A stretch of DNA of 64,000 nucleotides, taken from contig NW_005434671.1 in NCBI RefSeq assembly GCF_000315625.1, positions 1,177,432 through 1,241,431 of the forward strand. Direction: 5' to 3'. This document shows positions 25,118-37,686 of the stretch, piece after piece. The notes beneath the pieces were generated by a model. That model saw only the letters and a list, made by a program, of their open reading frames with translations, did not search any database and was not told the origin of the DNA. The position numbers and the translations under genes were made by a program. The DNA is from Guillardia theta CCMP2712. Its lineage: Eukaryota > Protista > Cryptophyta. Within the stretch, counting starts at the first letter, position 1, and each line of letters opens with the position of its first letter.

Positions 25118-26452
25118 TCAAAACAAAATAAGACAACCTTCAGGTTCATACTTCTCCGGCATCTTGACCGGTACCTGCAGCCCCCCCGGTACTACCTCCA
25201 CCGAGTACGACCCTCGCTCCCGGATGGGGTTGAAAAGCTCGTGATGCTCCGCGACCCACTCCTGGCTCTTCTGGTCCAGGTTTACCATGCTTGTTGTCGA
25301 CGCAACCGTATCCTTGATCCCGAAGCTTTCTAAACCGCACCTTCTGAGTACCTGCTTGCCCTCGTCAGACCTTCGGGTTCTCCCGTCAGGCGATCGATGC
25401 ATATCACCCCGTCGCCTCTGACGCCATGCTTGACGTCCTTGACCAGGTGAAGTTGACCTCTGATGTCGACTGTGCGTTTCCCCTTTTGGGATTTTACCTG
25501 GACATCCTTTGCAGAGTCAACTTGCATGTATGGGTCGAACTGCAAGCTCAGCGCTCAGACACTGACATTGCAACGAAATGCGTCACTCACCGCCAGGCGC
25601 TCCTTCTTCTCCTTGATGTCGTCCCGCACGTGCTTCATGAGCATCCGGGACGCAAGGCCGACTGTTCTTTCAACTTTATCTTCCATTGACGCTTTGTGAA
25701 GCTTGTACTTGAGGTCGTGCTCTAGCCACTCGTTTGATGTTTGACAGTATCGCACATAGAAAAGATCCCTGACTTGAACATTCTTCAACCGCATCCCAAA
25801 GTACGTCCTGTACCCCTTGGTGTCCTTGAGGCTCCGCACCTCTATCGTCGCCTCGACCGGTAGCGCCTTCCTCCCCGCCTGCTGGCTCTTGCCGTACAGC
25901 AGCATGCTCCCTGCCTCGCTCCTTCCCTCTCCGCGGATGCCCTCCAGCAGTCTGTCACGGTCCGCTGCCTTGGTGGCCGGGCCCAGCAGCTGCCTGTCCT
26001 TGCCCTTGTCAGCATCGACGGAGTCCTACAGGCTTGCTCCTCCTGCCTTACCTGAGCGGGAGGCCTGCGTCCGGCACTTGACCGAAGAGCTTCTCGAAGG
26101 GCTTGTTGGCGACGAGCAGCATGGGCTCGCCATCGGGGCTTTTCTTGAGGCCGACGGCGAAGGGGGTCTGGGCTCTGTGGTCGTAGCTGGCCTTGGTTCT
26201 GTCAACCTCGCAGAGGAAGCGGAAGCTTGCGTGAGTGGTCTTATTGTGTCTGGGCTGATCAGCGAGTTCAATGTCTTCTTGAGGAGGATCGTCTCTCGAT
26301 CTGTCATGTGCTGGTCCCGTCTGAATCCTTGCAGGCTCGCAACAGCGGAAAAGGGAGCGGAGGGATAAGAAGTCGGTGTACAGCCACGCATCGCTGTCTT
26401 GGGCTCCTGTTTTGATCGCCTTATCTCTAGGTTCACAATCGATGCATTCCAT
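25118..26452 (-). CDS. LOV-like PAS-domain protein, paralog D (divergent middle)
   Basis: PAS block and intron 1 near-identical to the other copies; intron 2 and flanking coding sequence diverged but in frame. Confidence 0.75.
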
Positions 26453-26683
26453 AGCGTGTAAAGATTGGCAGCAAAGGAAATACAAGACAGCGGTAAGTAG
26501 CACACTAGCTAAGAGAACCAGAGGGAATGGAGTGAGAGTCAAGGGAGGATGATGTGTGCGAGGGGACGGTCCGGAGCAGTAAGAGAGGGGGCGTAAAGAG
26601 AGAAGACGGTTGAAGGATAGAGGAGGGCAAGGCACGATGGAGAGATGCAGTAGCGATGGAATGTGAGAACTGACAGTGGAGGA

Positions 26684-26800
26684 GAGGGAGGAGGGGCAGG
26701 AGAGGAGGAGTAGGAGAGGAGGGGCAGGAGAGGAGGGGCAGGAGAGGAGGGGCAGGAGAGGAGGGGCAGGAGAGGAGGGGCAGGAGAGGAGGGACAGGAG
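26684..26800. repeat. GGAGGGGCAGGAGA-type tandem repeat
   Basis: Directly visible. Confidence 0.85.
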
Positions 26801-27198
26801 TTAAGGAGGCCCAACAGCTATGACGCTGTCGTAGCCATTTCCGAAAGATTTCAACGAAACAGGAAGATGTAGGGGTAGGGGTGGGTACCCCGCCTCATCC
26901 ACTTTCTGTCAGAATCACTCAATGGACCAGGTCATGGAACAGGTTCAGTTGACAACTGGAGGGGTAGTGGAGGATGCCGTGGGAAAGTGTTTCAACGAAG
27001 ATAGACAGCTTTTTAAAATGTCTGTTTGGGAGGGAGGAGTCACGGAGGGGGAGCAGCAGCAGTGAAGTGAGGTAGAGGAAGTCACTGATCAGCATTTCAA
27101 TCACATACTGGCAGCATCTCAATCACATCACTTCGATACCTTCACATGGCTACCATCAAGTGATGTTTATTGTAGTTATCCTTACATTCACCTCGCAA

Positions 27199-29407
27199 TC
27201 AGTAGACCTTCGTCTCCTCCGATTCCGTCGAAACAGAATCACTCCTAGAGCTCCCAGAACTACGATCAAGTTCGACCAGCTTCTGTTTGAAAATCTCCAG
27301 CTCGCCAGCAGCCATTTTGTAGGGCGAGAAGTTAAGGTCAGGGAAAGATCTTTCTCGGACCTGAGGAACAAAAACTAGATCAGGTCCTTACACCACAAGC
27401 TGCCCAAGGACCTCTCGTCGGAACTCCTTCAGAGCCTCGTTGATTGTGACTCCGACCGAGCTGGGTAAGGTGAGGTGAGGTTTCGAAGAGAGCAGCGGCA
27501 TTTTGATGAAGAGGGCTCGATATCAGGTCATGAGGTTCGAAACAAGAAGACGGGGTGGGGAAATGCTAAGAGGAGGATGGGAAATTAGATGATTGTCACC
27601 TGAATTGTTTGCAAAACTTTGGAGTCACTTTGGCATGGTGAGGGTGCTGCATCATGCCTAGCAGGTCATGATAGACCAGCACTTGACCACTGCAGACTTT
27701 CTTTCATTCTCGTTTCAGGTCATACATGTCTGACCTTGTGTGCATCCCAGCGCCGATTCCTATCGTTGGGACTGAGATTCTTTCTGTCACCTCCTTTGCC
27801 ACCTGGACACGCGCCTGTTACATCAACTAACTCAGACTCAAGATGAGTACCTCGGCTGGCACACATTCTAGTACAATGGCAAACACTCCGGCGTTCACCA
27901 GTTGTCGGGCTTGTTCAATCAGCGATACTGCCTGTTTCTCTCTTTCATGGACCTGAATTTCTTCATTTCCCTATCACCTGCTGAGCATGTTTGCCTTGGG
28001 CGCGAAACCCTCCAAGTGTTGAATAGCTCTGTGGAGTCAACCCGATATGCCCCATCACCTGTTTTATGTTACCCTGGGCTCTCGAAGAAGCCATCTCTTA
28101 CTGCGATCCCCCCATTGACGAGCGTTTCAACTGTCCGAAGTCTTGCCGCATCTATAGAGCAATGGCAGGTCAGTTCCACACTGCGACGGCGCATTGAGAG
28201 AGCAGCACCAGCGCCCTCGAGTTTGATAGCTTCCATGCCACCCTCCTGTCAAATAGCATAAGATCGCTTCAGGGTGTAGCAACAAGTGAGAGTAGCTGCC
28301 TTCAAGAGCCTGTAGGCATTCCTCTGAGCTTCCTGTGCGCTGATCTACAAACAATAAGATCGGCCTCGTCATTCGCACTCTTGTTGTACCTCATAGCTTC
28401 CAAAGGGAAGGTCCCCTACCAACAACGGTCTTTTGCAGCCCCTTGAAACAGCTCTACCAGCAAGATCAATCATAACAGTTTTGAGGCATAAGTGTGATTC
28501 CTGCAGTGATGCAATATTTCGTCAAATGTAACAGGCAGTGTTGTATCATAGCCTAGGACAACCATTCCCAGGGAATCGCCCACCAAGACCTTCAACAGTA
28601 CATCATCAAATATTCAAACGTACTTTTGATTGCATACCACGTCAATTCCTGCAAGGTCAACATGGACAGCTGAAGGAAAATCGTACGCTGTCGCCTACAT
28701 GAGGTGATTGTCACATTAAGACCTTTTGTCGCAAAAGGTCCACGAGTGCTCACCATCGTAATGGGAATCTTCTTTGAGTACATCTTCTTCAGCTCTACGA
28801 TTGTAATGTCTGCAAAGCGTCTTACAGAATTTCCCTCAAAATCTTTTCACGACTGGAATGCTCTTCGCTGGCACTTGTTGCTTCTCCTTTGGTTGGACGA
28901 GCGATGTAATTCTCTGGAGCACCCATGATGGCAGGCCCTGCAGCCAAGGGATTCCCCTTAGAGAAATATGACACCAGGTAATACAGCATCTCCACTTTGA
29001 TCAGTATTTACACTCGTTTGCTTGTTTGCACCAGACCCCATGAGCTTTCGCACCATAGCCCTGAGTTCTTCTTCATTCATTGCATCGATGTCTTTCGTGG
29101 ATGTCCTACCATTCAAACATAGGTTTCGATGCTATGGCAAACAAACATCACCAACCCTTGAAACCTTCTTGTTGTACAATTGATGAGCAGTCTGGACGAT
29201 CTCTCAGCTTTCCTATTCGCCTTGTCAAGACTGTCCCCACAACATTCTTCAAGGAAGAACCTCCATATTGATGACGTCTGTCCCCAATGCAACTTGGAGA
29301 GCAGCATACTAGGACGTAATGCTGTACAACACGTCATGCTACACATGGTTGGCGTGCAAGCAAATCTTACCTCTCGACAGATTTCTCAAATGAAATGAGC
29401 TCACCAT
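27199..29407 (-). CDS. panB: 3-methyl-2-oxobutanoate hydroxymethyltransferase (ketopantoate hydroxymethyltransferase), mitochondrial-type leader, ~15 introns
   Basis: Manual splicing gives [17 protein letters not shown]...[12 protein letters not shown]...[21 protein letters not shown]...GDLPFGSYE...AIKLEG...[18 protein letters not shown]...[41 protein letters not shown]...KVY*. Confidence 0.95.
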
Positions 29408-29494
29408 TAGAGCAAAAGAGTCTAGTTCTGCTCAGGGACAATTCAAGGTCTAGAAATGGACGTTTGTTAGCAAGTTGAAAGGATATTGAGCTGG

Positions 29495-29650
29495 CCTGAC
29501 TGACTGACTGACTGACTGACTGACTGACTGACTGACTGACTGACTGACTGACTGACTGACTGACTTGACTGACTTGACTGACTTGACTGACTTGACTGAC
29601 TGACTGACTGACTGACTGACTGACTGACTGACTGACTGACTTGCTGTCTG
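29495..29650. repeat. (CTGA)n microsatellite with CTTGACTGA variants
   Basis: Directly visible. Confidence 0.97.
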
Positions 29651-30129
29651 ACTTGCTGCGGCAGCCCCCATTCCATTTCTTATGGAGAGGCGCATCTAGC
29701 ATGTGAAATTGAAAGCAGTTTGCTCATTGTTTAAGTTTGAATTTACATTGACAAATATCAAAAACATTTTGAATACTCATACCGTCATGGAGATGCTACC
29801 CCACCCTGATGTTGCATAACAAGTTGCCTCTAGAAGAGGGGGTGAAAGGGTATACTTTTTCACCCCTCACAGAGACCTATCAAAAGTGGCTCAAGTTGGG
29901 GGTAATGACCAAGAAGGGGTAGGGGTACTGTCCTAGACCAGGGGTGGGTCTCCGTCAGAGCAATTTTGAGTTGGGTGCGCCGTTGCTGCAGGACATGGCC
30001 TAGAAGACAGGCAGTGCGATGATGAGGAAAGACCGTGAGAGCCGAGACGATGAACAGAACAGAAGGACGAGGAGAACAAGAGGACGAGGAGAACAACAAG
30101 ACCGTTGGAGAATAAGAGGATTATAAGGA

Positions 30130-33100
30130 TTATGAGGACCAGGAGATGATTCAGTGAAGAGGACGAGGAGGATGAAGATGACGAGGAGGGTGAGCCTGCC
30201 TGCCCTCAGTGGGTGAGAAGGATGAGCCTCCGATTATGGCTACAGAGAGTCGTGGATGTCGGCGAGGGGGTCGAGGCGGTAGAGGACCGTAGGCGGATCA
30301 AGAGGATTGCGATTCACTATGTCAGTGAGAAAGCGCCAGAGCTGTTACTATCAGCTGCAGAAGATGCTATAGCATGCAATGAGGATGGGACCATTGCAAA
30401 ATTGAATGCTGTTTGACGGGACTAACAAGGGCATGCTGCAGGCAGCGAGTTGACTTCTTCCTTGACTAGTCCGTCATGAGGATCGACGAGCAAGACTCTC
30501 AAAGGACCATGGATGTCTTACAACGGCCCAAGGAGCTGATCAGCGAAGTCATCTCGGCCTTCAGACAGGGAGAAAGCGTGAACTACGTGTCAGGTCATAT
30601 GCACAGACTTCGCAATCCGAGTGTAAGCATCTGCAACAGGGCCAAGAACAACAGTCGGGATAGTGTTGAACGGAGTTATGATAGACTTCATGGTGATTGG
30701 AGGAATGAGTCGGGTCCTTGTATGATGACTGTGTTTGAAGATTCCTGGTGGCCCTGCTAGTCAGAATGAAAACTTGGAGCCCAAGGTTCACCGAAGGTAT
30801 GAAACGGCCAAGTCGTGCTGAGATGTCACTTGCAGGATGAGATTGTTGAGGTTGATTCTGTGGCGGCTACTCCGGACAATGTCACCTCCCTACTTCGAGG
30901 ATCAGATGAAGTTGGAACTCTCGTAAGAGGAGCTGTGTTTGGAAGGAGAGCATGAGACGTATCACGTGCAGGTTGAGATCAAGTTGAGGAAGCAGGAGAC
31001 TTCGGAACTTGTCAATGTCATACTCAGCCGGATGTCGCTAGCCCACGTTCATCACATGCAGGTGATGTCTTCAGGCCAGAAAGCTTTGGCGTGATGAAAA
31101 CTTTCACTCAGGTTTACAATGAATTGTTCGAGCAACTGAGATCGGTGAGCAAACGATATCCAGAAGTCGCAGACTTTGTTCGACGCGTCGGTATGAAAGT
31201 GAAGGAGATCGATTTCTATCACAACCAAGTCGAAGAAGAACTTCGTGGAAAGATCATGTCTTCGACCAAGCAACTGCAGAAGGTGCTGGACCTCTTGCGC
31301 GAATCTGAGTCGTCGAGCACACGTGGGTCAAAGTATTTGGATTCGAGTCAAGAAATGCAGAGGGTCATTGCGCATCTCCAGAATCAGTTGAGGAACTCAG
31401 AGATCGCTCAGAATCAACTGCGAGCTCAGCTAGCTCGGGCCGAGCAGAAGAAGAAGTTGTCATCTGGAAGCAGTGAATCCTCTGCCATCTTGAACAACAC
31501 GCGCACCACTGCAGACTCCCACATGTTCTCCCGGCTAGACGAGATTCGGTCTGCTAGGAAAGATCATTACATCCTCATGGAAAACGAGATTGAAGAGCTC
31601 AGCGTCAAGTTGCGGGAATCTCAGAATGAGCTCGAGATCATGAGCAGCGAGAAAGACGAACTGCTGGGCCGAGAGAAGTACTACAAGAGTCAGATCCAGA
31701 CCTTGACCAAGGAACTGGATTCGAAGCAGCAAGAGCTTTCTCGAGCTACGAATGAAGTGTTCAAGCTACACCCGTACAAAGATGCCATGAGCGATGCCTC
31801 TCTGGTCAAGAAGCAGCTGAATGAAGCTGAAGGCTTGTTGGAAAAGGCCTTGGAGAGGGAGGCGAACATAGAGATCGAGTATCACGACGTCAACGAGAGA
31901 TTTAGTCAAGCTCAGAGAGATGCGAGGATGAAGCAGTCGAGCCTTGAGGACGAAATCTCGCGGTTGAAATCTCAGCTGGAAGAAAACAACATCTACACGG
32001 AGAAGATGCACGCGGATCTCGAAATCTTGAGACGCAAGAAAGATTCCCTGGAGGAGAAGATCGTGACACTGGAGCGAGAGTTTGACAAGAAGAGTCAGAC
32101 GCACCTAGAGGTCGAGAGCGACCTCACCAAGCAATGGAGCTCAGCGAAAGAACAAGTCCAGGTCCTGCACGCCAAACTAAAACATGCCCATGATCAGCTC
32201 AACGATGCCTTGGCCTCGGAGCTGAGGCTGAAAAGCATGCTCGACGAGTCTCACGCCATGGCTGAGAAATTGCAGCAGGCGCAGCAGCAGATGGAGAAGG
32301 AATACCTGGCCAGGATCAAATCTCTGGAGGAACAGCTGTGCAGAGTCCAGGAACAGATCAGCGAGTTCCAGAGACGAGAATACGAGACGAACGAGCGAGA
32401 ATGCAAGCTCATGTCGATGCTGGGTAGCCTCGAAGAAGAGTTCAGGAGCTGCCAGAAGTGTCTTCGGGAAAGTGAGCTTCAGAGCCAAGAGAATAACTCA
32501 AAGAGACACGAGTATCAAGCCATGGTTGAGAGGCAACGGGTTGAAAGCGCCACGAGAGAGGAAGAGTCGTCCAGGAGAATTCAAGATCTCAAGGGTGAAA
32601 TCAGGGAGCAGCAAGCGAGGTGCCTGTATGCGTTGCCTCGTCCTCCCCTCATCATGTGTGCTGCTTGCAGGACGCTGGAAGCTGAGAACAAGATACAAAA
32701 CCTGGAGACAGAGCTGCTCGACCTGACCATGAAGCTGAAAGTCAAAGCAGCACAGGTGACTTTCATCCATGTCAAGTGCGAAACTCGCACCGCTCACGGG
32801 CTCCCGTCAGGCCTCTGAGCTTGAAGAGAAAACGTACGAGCTGGAGAAATTGCTGCACAGGGGCGAAGAGACCAGCAGGAGGCAGCGAGACGACTTCATC
32901 CTCAACTCACAAGCTCGCACTTGGCAACTTGACGCGTTGAAGAAGAGGATACAGGTCATTCTGCACTCATTGCTACCGCCCATGCTGACCTCATCGAAAT
33001 AGAACTTCTCCGAGAAGGAAATGCAAGCAAGCGCGCGGGAGCACGAGCTGCTCAAGACTCTTGAGAAGAGTCAGACTAGCCTTCTGCGAGCAGAGAGCAG

Positions 33101-33753
33101 CAACGTACACTCAGAGCTTGAGGGCAGGCAGCAGGTGATCTCGACGTCGGCAGGCTGTGACGTGTCGATCTGAACAGAAGTTTTTGCAGACTGAGATGCT
33201 GAAGATGAAGATCAGGTCCCTGGAAGAGAAGCTGGCAGCATGTGAGAAGGACAACGAGAACCTGGAGCGCATCATCAACCTGCCAGCTGAGGAGCTCGCG
33301 AGTCAGACGCTCGAGAGAAGTTTTGCCGTCAAGCGAGCCCTCGGGATTAAGGATGCCAACAGCTCACGGCGAGCTGGAAACGACTACTCCAGCTTGGAAG
33401 GAGCCTCGTCTAGGGCAGGGAACCCAGTCTCCTTCAACAAGGATGACAGCGCTCCTCCCCAGTCCAGCGATCCTGCGCACAGTGACGGCCGATCAGCGAC
33501 GCTGGAGGACAGGAAATCTGGCATGGGATTGCGAGAGGATCAAAGTCAAGGTCCTGACGGTAAGAGCTCGGCACGGCTGAGCCCCCCCGGCCTTGTGAAA
33601 GGAACTTCTTCGATCTCTCCTCTTGCCCAGCAGGTCATCACTGCCTTGTCCACAAACACCTACGTACCTTCCAGCCGCCAGAACGCGAACGGCAAGACGT
33701 TCAGACCCTCATCGTCCAACCCCGTGGACATGGACGAGAACTATCTTATTTGA
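30130..33753 (+). CDS. large multi-exon coiled-coil protein
   Basis: 575-aa E/K/L/Q heptad ORF 31091-32818 plus flanking exons joined by GT-AG introns; start uncertain. Confidence 0.75.
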
Positions 33754-33836
33754 ATGTTGACATGTTTGAAATAAACAACATAGTGTGATCTGCTGATGTT
33801 TGTTTTTGTCATCTTGTATAAAAAGAGACATCATCG

Positions 33837-35361
33837 CTATCTTAGCTGAGTCAGCGCCATCCGTGCTGCTGCTTCTGACGGTGTCATGTTGGGCCTGGTA
33901 ACTTTTGCCTGACGGCAAGTCAGGAATGCAAGGAAAGTCGCAAGTTGCCACTGACTCTGGGGAGGGAAGCTGCCAGCCGCTGGTGGACCGCACTGTACGG
34001 TATGCGCTTACAAGGTGACAAGAAGGAGTGAAGATGCAGGTCAGGCACAACTTGCCTGCTGATTTCTGATCCTTCATCAGCTAGGATGCCGCCTGCCAGA
34101 ACCATCGTGAACGTCTCTGAGTCAGACGACGAGCAGGAGAGCCTGCGCGTTCGACCATCATGTTGAGAAGAGCGAGGAGGAGGAGGGGAGAACCTTGCTG
34201 CAACTGTCTCTGCAAGTTCGCAGATGTCTTGCGCCGTCTGCTCCAGGATCTGAGACGCCACAGAGCAGCCATGCTCTCTCTTGGCCTTGACCACAAGTGG
34301 TGCAAGGGAAGCAACTTCGTCCCAGCTCGCAAACTTCGCAGGGACATCGGTCCCCTTCCCGTACGCGATCTCCTGCTGCTCCTTCAGGTCGAGTACAACA
34401 GGAGGCAAACAAGACCAGCAGCCCATCTGCACTTGGCACCTTATACTTGTCAAGGATCATGCCGAGCAACTCAGTCGTCGGGCCCCTCCCGTCGCTTGCT
34501 CGCACAGCTGCTCTCAGCGCAGCAGCCCCCATGCTGTACCCGTTGCCACTGTCTCCCAGCAGCGGGCCCATCCCTCCTGCATCCTCAGACATCATCGACT
34601 TGCCGGACAGCCTCCTGAAACCTCACCAACTCTCACTCGTTGCGATCCTCCCTGGGAGATTCCAAGACCAATGCTCCCTGTGCCGCTGATGACTACGATG
34701 CCCTCCATCCTCCCTCCCGTTCCACTACACAAAGCAATCACTGAGTCATTCTCCACTATGGCCTTGCACGAAGGAAACTTAGACGCGCAGATCTGTCATG
34801 GCGTGTCAACTGACCAGCCCAAATCGCTCAGACAAGCAATTGAGATACCGAAAGCCAGAAATCCACATCACTGGGTGTATCACAACCTGACATTCCGAGA
34901 ACGATGCACTGAACATCTTTCATATCAGCATTTCCAGCCTGATGCGTGTCAATTCTTGACACCATGGGTCATGTAGACATGTAACCTTCAAGCTGTCCTG
35001 GACTGCAGCGACGAGGGACATCGTGGCTTGATCCTTTCCCACACTATTCTTGTTTGTGCTGCCTGAAGTAGCCTTTCCAACTATTTGCCCTGCATTGGAA
35101 ACTCAAATCCATACAAGCATTTCATCTCCCCTGCTCTTCCCTGCTCTGCTCTACCCGAATGAACTTCCCGACTCCTCCCCTTGCCCCCCATCCCCTTGCC
35201 TTGCCTCCTCTCAATTCTCCCTTCCTCTACTCTCCCCTGCCCTCCTCTTCGTCCCTTGTCAGTCACCTCATCGTGTTTCACCTCCTCGCTTTCTCACCTT
35301 CCCCGTCCATGACCGTCGCCTCCGTCTTCGTTGCCCCTCCATCTACCCCGATAACCAGCAT
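33837..35361 (-). CDS. N-acetylglucosamine kinase-like sugar kinase (BadF/BadG/BcrA/BcrD ATPase family)
   Basis: MLVIGVDGGATKT, STNKNSVG, ENDSVIAL, GIVVISGTGSIG, GGMGPLLGDSGNGY, VASLAPLV, VLAGGIL across introns. Confidence 0.9.
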
Positions 35362-35593
35362 TTTCCTCGAAAAGCACCAGTTGAGGCGGGTCCGGTGAAA
35401 GTGCTTTTGACCTGCGGGCCTGAGAGGAGATGTGGTTCAGATTTGAATAGCGAAGGGCGGGAAGATGGCGACGAAGCGGGAGGGGACGGGAAGGGTGGGA
35501 CAAGTGGAGAGGGAGGAGGAGGTGAAGGGCATGCAGGAAGATAGCTGAGAGAAAGGGGAGGAGAGATATGAGGACGGAGGATCTCGAGACTGG

Positions 35594-37686
35594 ATGAAGA
35601 TGCAGGTGATGGGAAAGTTGTTGTCAGAACAGGCGCATCGGGCTGCCGTGGACGAAAGGAAGATGAGAACCTTGAAAATCACAGTTTCAGTGCATAGGAA
35701 AAGCTCAATGACTTAGAACAAGCACTAGAGAACCACCTGATGTTGAATCACGGCAAACACTCAAAATCAAGCATATCAAAGACCTCGCATTTGTATTTCA
35801 ATTTAGAGGCAGTGTGTCAACAGGGAAGAGTTTCCTAGTGAGCAGTTCATTGAAAGAATAGCAGAGGCAAAAATGCAGTGCTTTATGAGAATGAGTGGAA
35901 GATGATGAAGGATGTTTCACATTTCATTCAAACTTTTTCAGACCGTTGGCGTCTTCTCCAAAGCAGTCAGAGATTGTTTTCCGGGTACTTCTTTCGTACA
36001 AGATCAAACATACATGTGACATTCACAATCTGTCAGCATGACGGACAACGCAAATACAGGTGAATCCCTGCTAATTCAAGGTATAGATCACTTCCCATTT
36101 TTGTGCGATGTCTTACGTATGTACGACAGATGGTAATCTGACATGCTCATTTCTGTAATAGCGTCAGCAATGTCACCAGCGCCAGGTGAACTTCATACGC
36201 ATACTTTGGAATAGGAGATTTATTTGTTTTCGTTTTGTACAGGCGCGCAGAGAGGTGTCTATTGGAAAAGGAATGATAGCATGAGGCTGGTCCATCTGTT
36301 GATAGGTACAAAATCATTCCCTCCGGTAGAGAAGTCTCAGTTTTCAACAGACCCGGACCTCAAACCTGCCTTCCTCAACTTGGAGTCTCAAGCGCACCGA
36401 GGCTCCATGGAATCGGCATTACTTAACTTCAAGCAATTCTGGACGATGGTACTCGCGTCCTGTCGCCGATCTGTCTGACCCCCTCACAAGGCTGCCCAAA
36501 AGTTCAACGATGAGGAGTGGAGGCCTCCTCACCTCTTTCCCAACGACCCGCATCTCAGCCGGTGCAGATCTTTCACGCCATCCAAGAAGAGCAAAGAGGT
36601 TTTCTATGCAGCTCTTTATCATGGCAATTCATATGCACACTAGATCGAAGCCAACTATCTGCGTGAGAAATACAAAGCCCTTCGAAGACAGGTATCTTTC
36701 ACGAAAAGTGGTTGAGGAATCTTACAAAAGAAACAATGCAGTTCAGTAGCAGTTTCAAGAAGTGGGAGGAGATCGGAAACAACAAGATTGAAAGCTTCTG
36801 GAAGTGCAGTGGAGCTGCTCCTGGAACCAGCGACGAAGGCTGTTGGTACATGTTCTTGGTGCTGTGGATTGGAAAGCACGAAGTATTCTGCATTCATTCC
36901 ACCATTCATCGTGACACCCTGTTGTTCAGGATGTCCTTGCTGCCGTGTTGGACAAGGGCCCAGATCATCCCATGGGCTCGGTTGGACCTGTGACCAAAAA
37001 TGGTTCTCACACTGACAACCTGGTAGAGTGGACTTTACAAATTCGAATCGGACGGATTGTTTCGTGGCGTCAAACGTCAGGTGCTTCCGAGTAGATTTCG
37101 GGAATCTTTGTGATTGATTTGATCTTCAGCGCTCGTACATGTACTTCGACGACCAAGATTTCTCGCACGAACTTCAACAAGAGCTGAGGGTCATGCCTGA
37201 CGCTGGTTTGTTCCTGTTATGTATTGATTCTTTGTCCGACAGATAGAATCCATTTTCAAACAGCAGGCTGAAGTTTTGAAGTTTGCTGACCTTTGCTTTC
37301 GTGGTATGCCCTCGTTTGACCACTAGCACATCGTTGATGTTTCCTGCAGGCACCAACGAAGCTATCGATGAAGAGCAGCGCGCTTTTTGGAGGCAGCAAA
37401 TGGTCCTCAACATACTCACTGTCCCGCCCTTTTTGTCTGCCTTGATATCTAAACCGTGACCACTAAGATGTCCCTTCCTTCTGCCCTTCTTTCCTTGTTC
37501 ACTTCTCACATGACTTTGATCTTTTGACGCAGATCACTGCCCATGCTCAACTGAGCAGCGTGCAGGCGAAGCTTCCGCAGCCTCACTCTGCCCATCAGGT
37601 TGGCATTGTCCGACGACTAATGCTGATGACTTGACTGGGCCTTGCAGAACAATGCCGAGGGACACGATCACCTCGCCGTCATCTAA
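35594..37686 (+). CDS. multi-exon hypothetical protein
   Basis: Exon-like segments (ESALLNFKQFWTM|AAQKFNDEEWRPPHLFPNDP..|IEANYLREKYKALRRQ) linked by ~45-nt GT-AG introns; boundaries approximate. Confidence 0.45.

Noticed and set aside
20874-26368. Antisense ORFs MVSLRLRTSIVAST... in each PAS copy
   Set aside because: Shadow frames of GC-rich coding DNA; splice signals and PAS motifs are on the other strand
20148-26452. PAS cluster as a transposon family or diversity-generating retroelement
   Set aside because: No TIR/LTR/TSD, transposase or reverse transcriptase; introns are retained and differences are block-wise rather than adenine-specific
29367-29702. SQSV-repeat ORFs
   Set aside because: Translation of the (CTGA)n microsatellite
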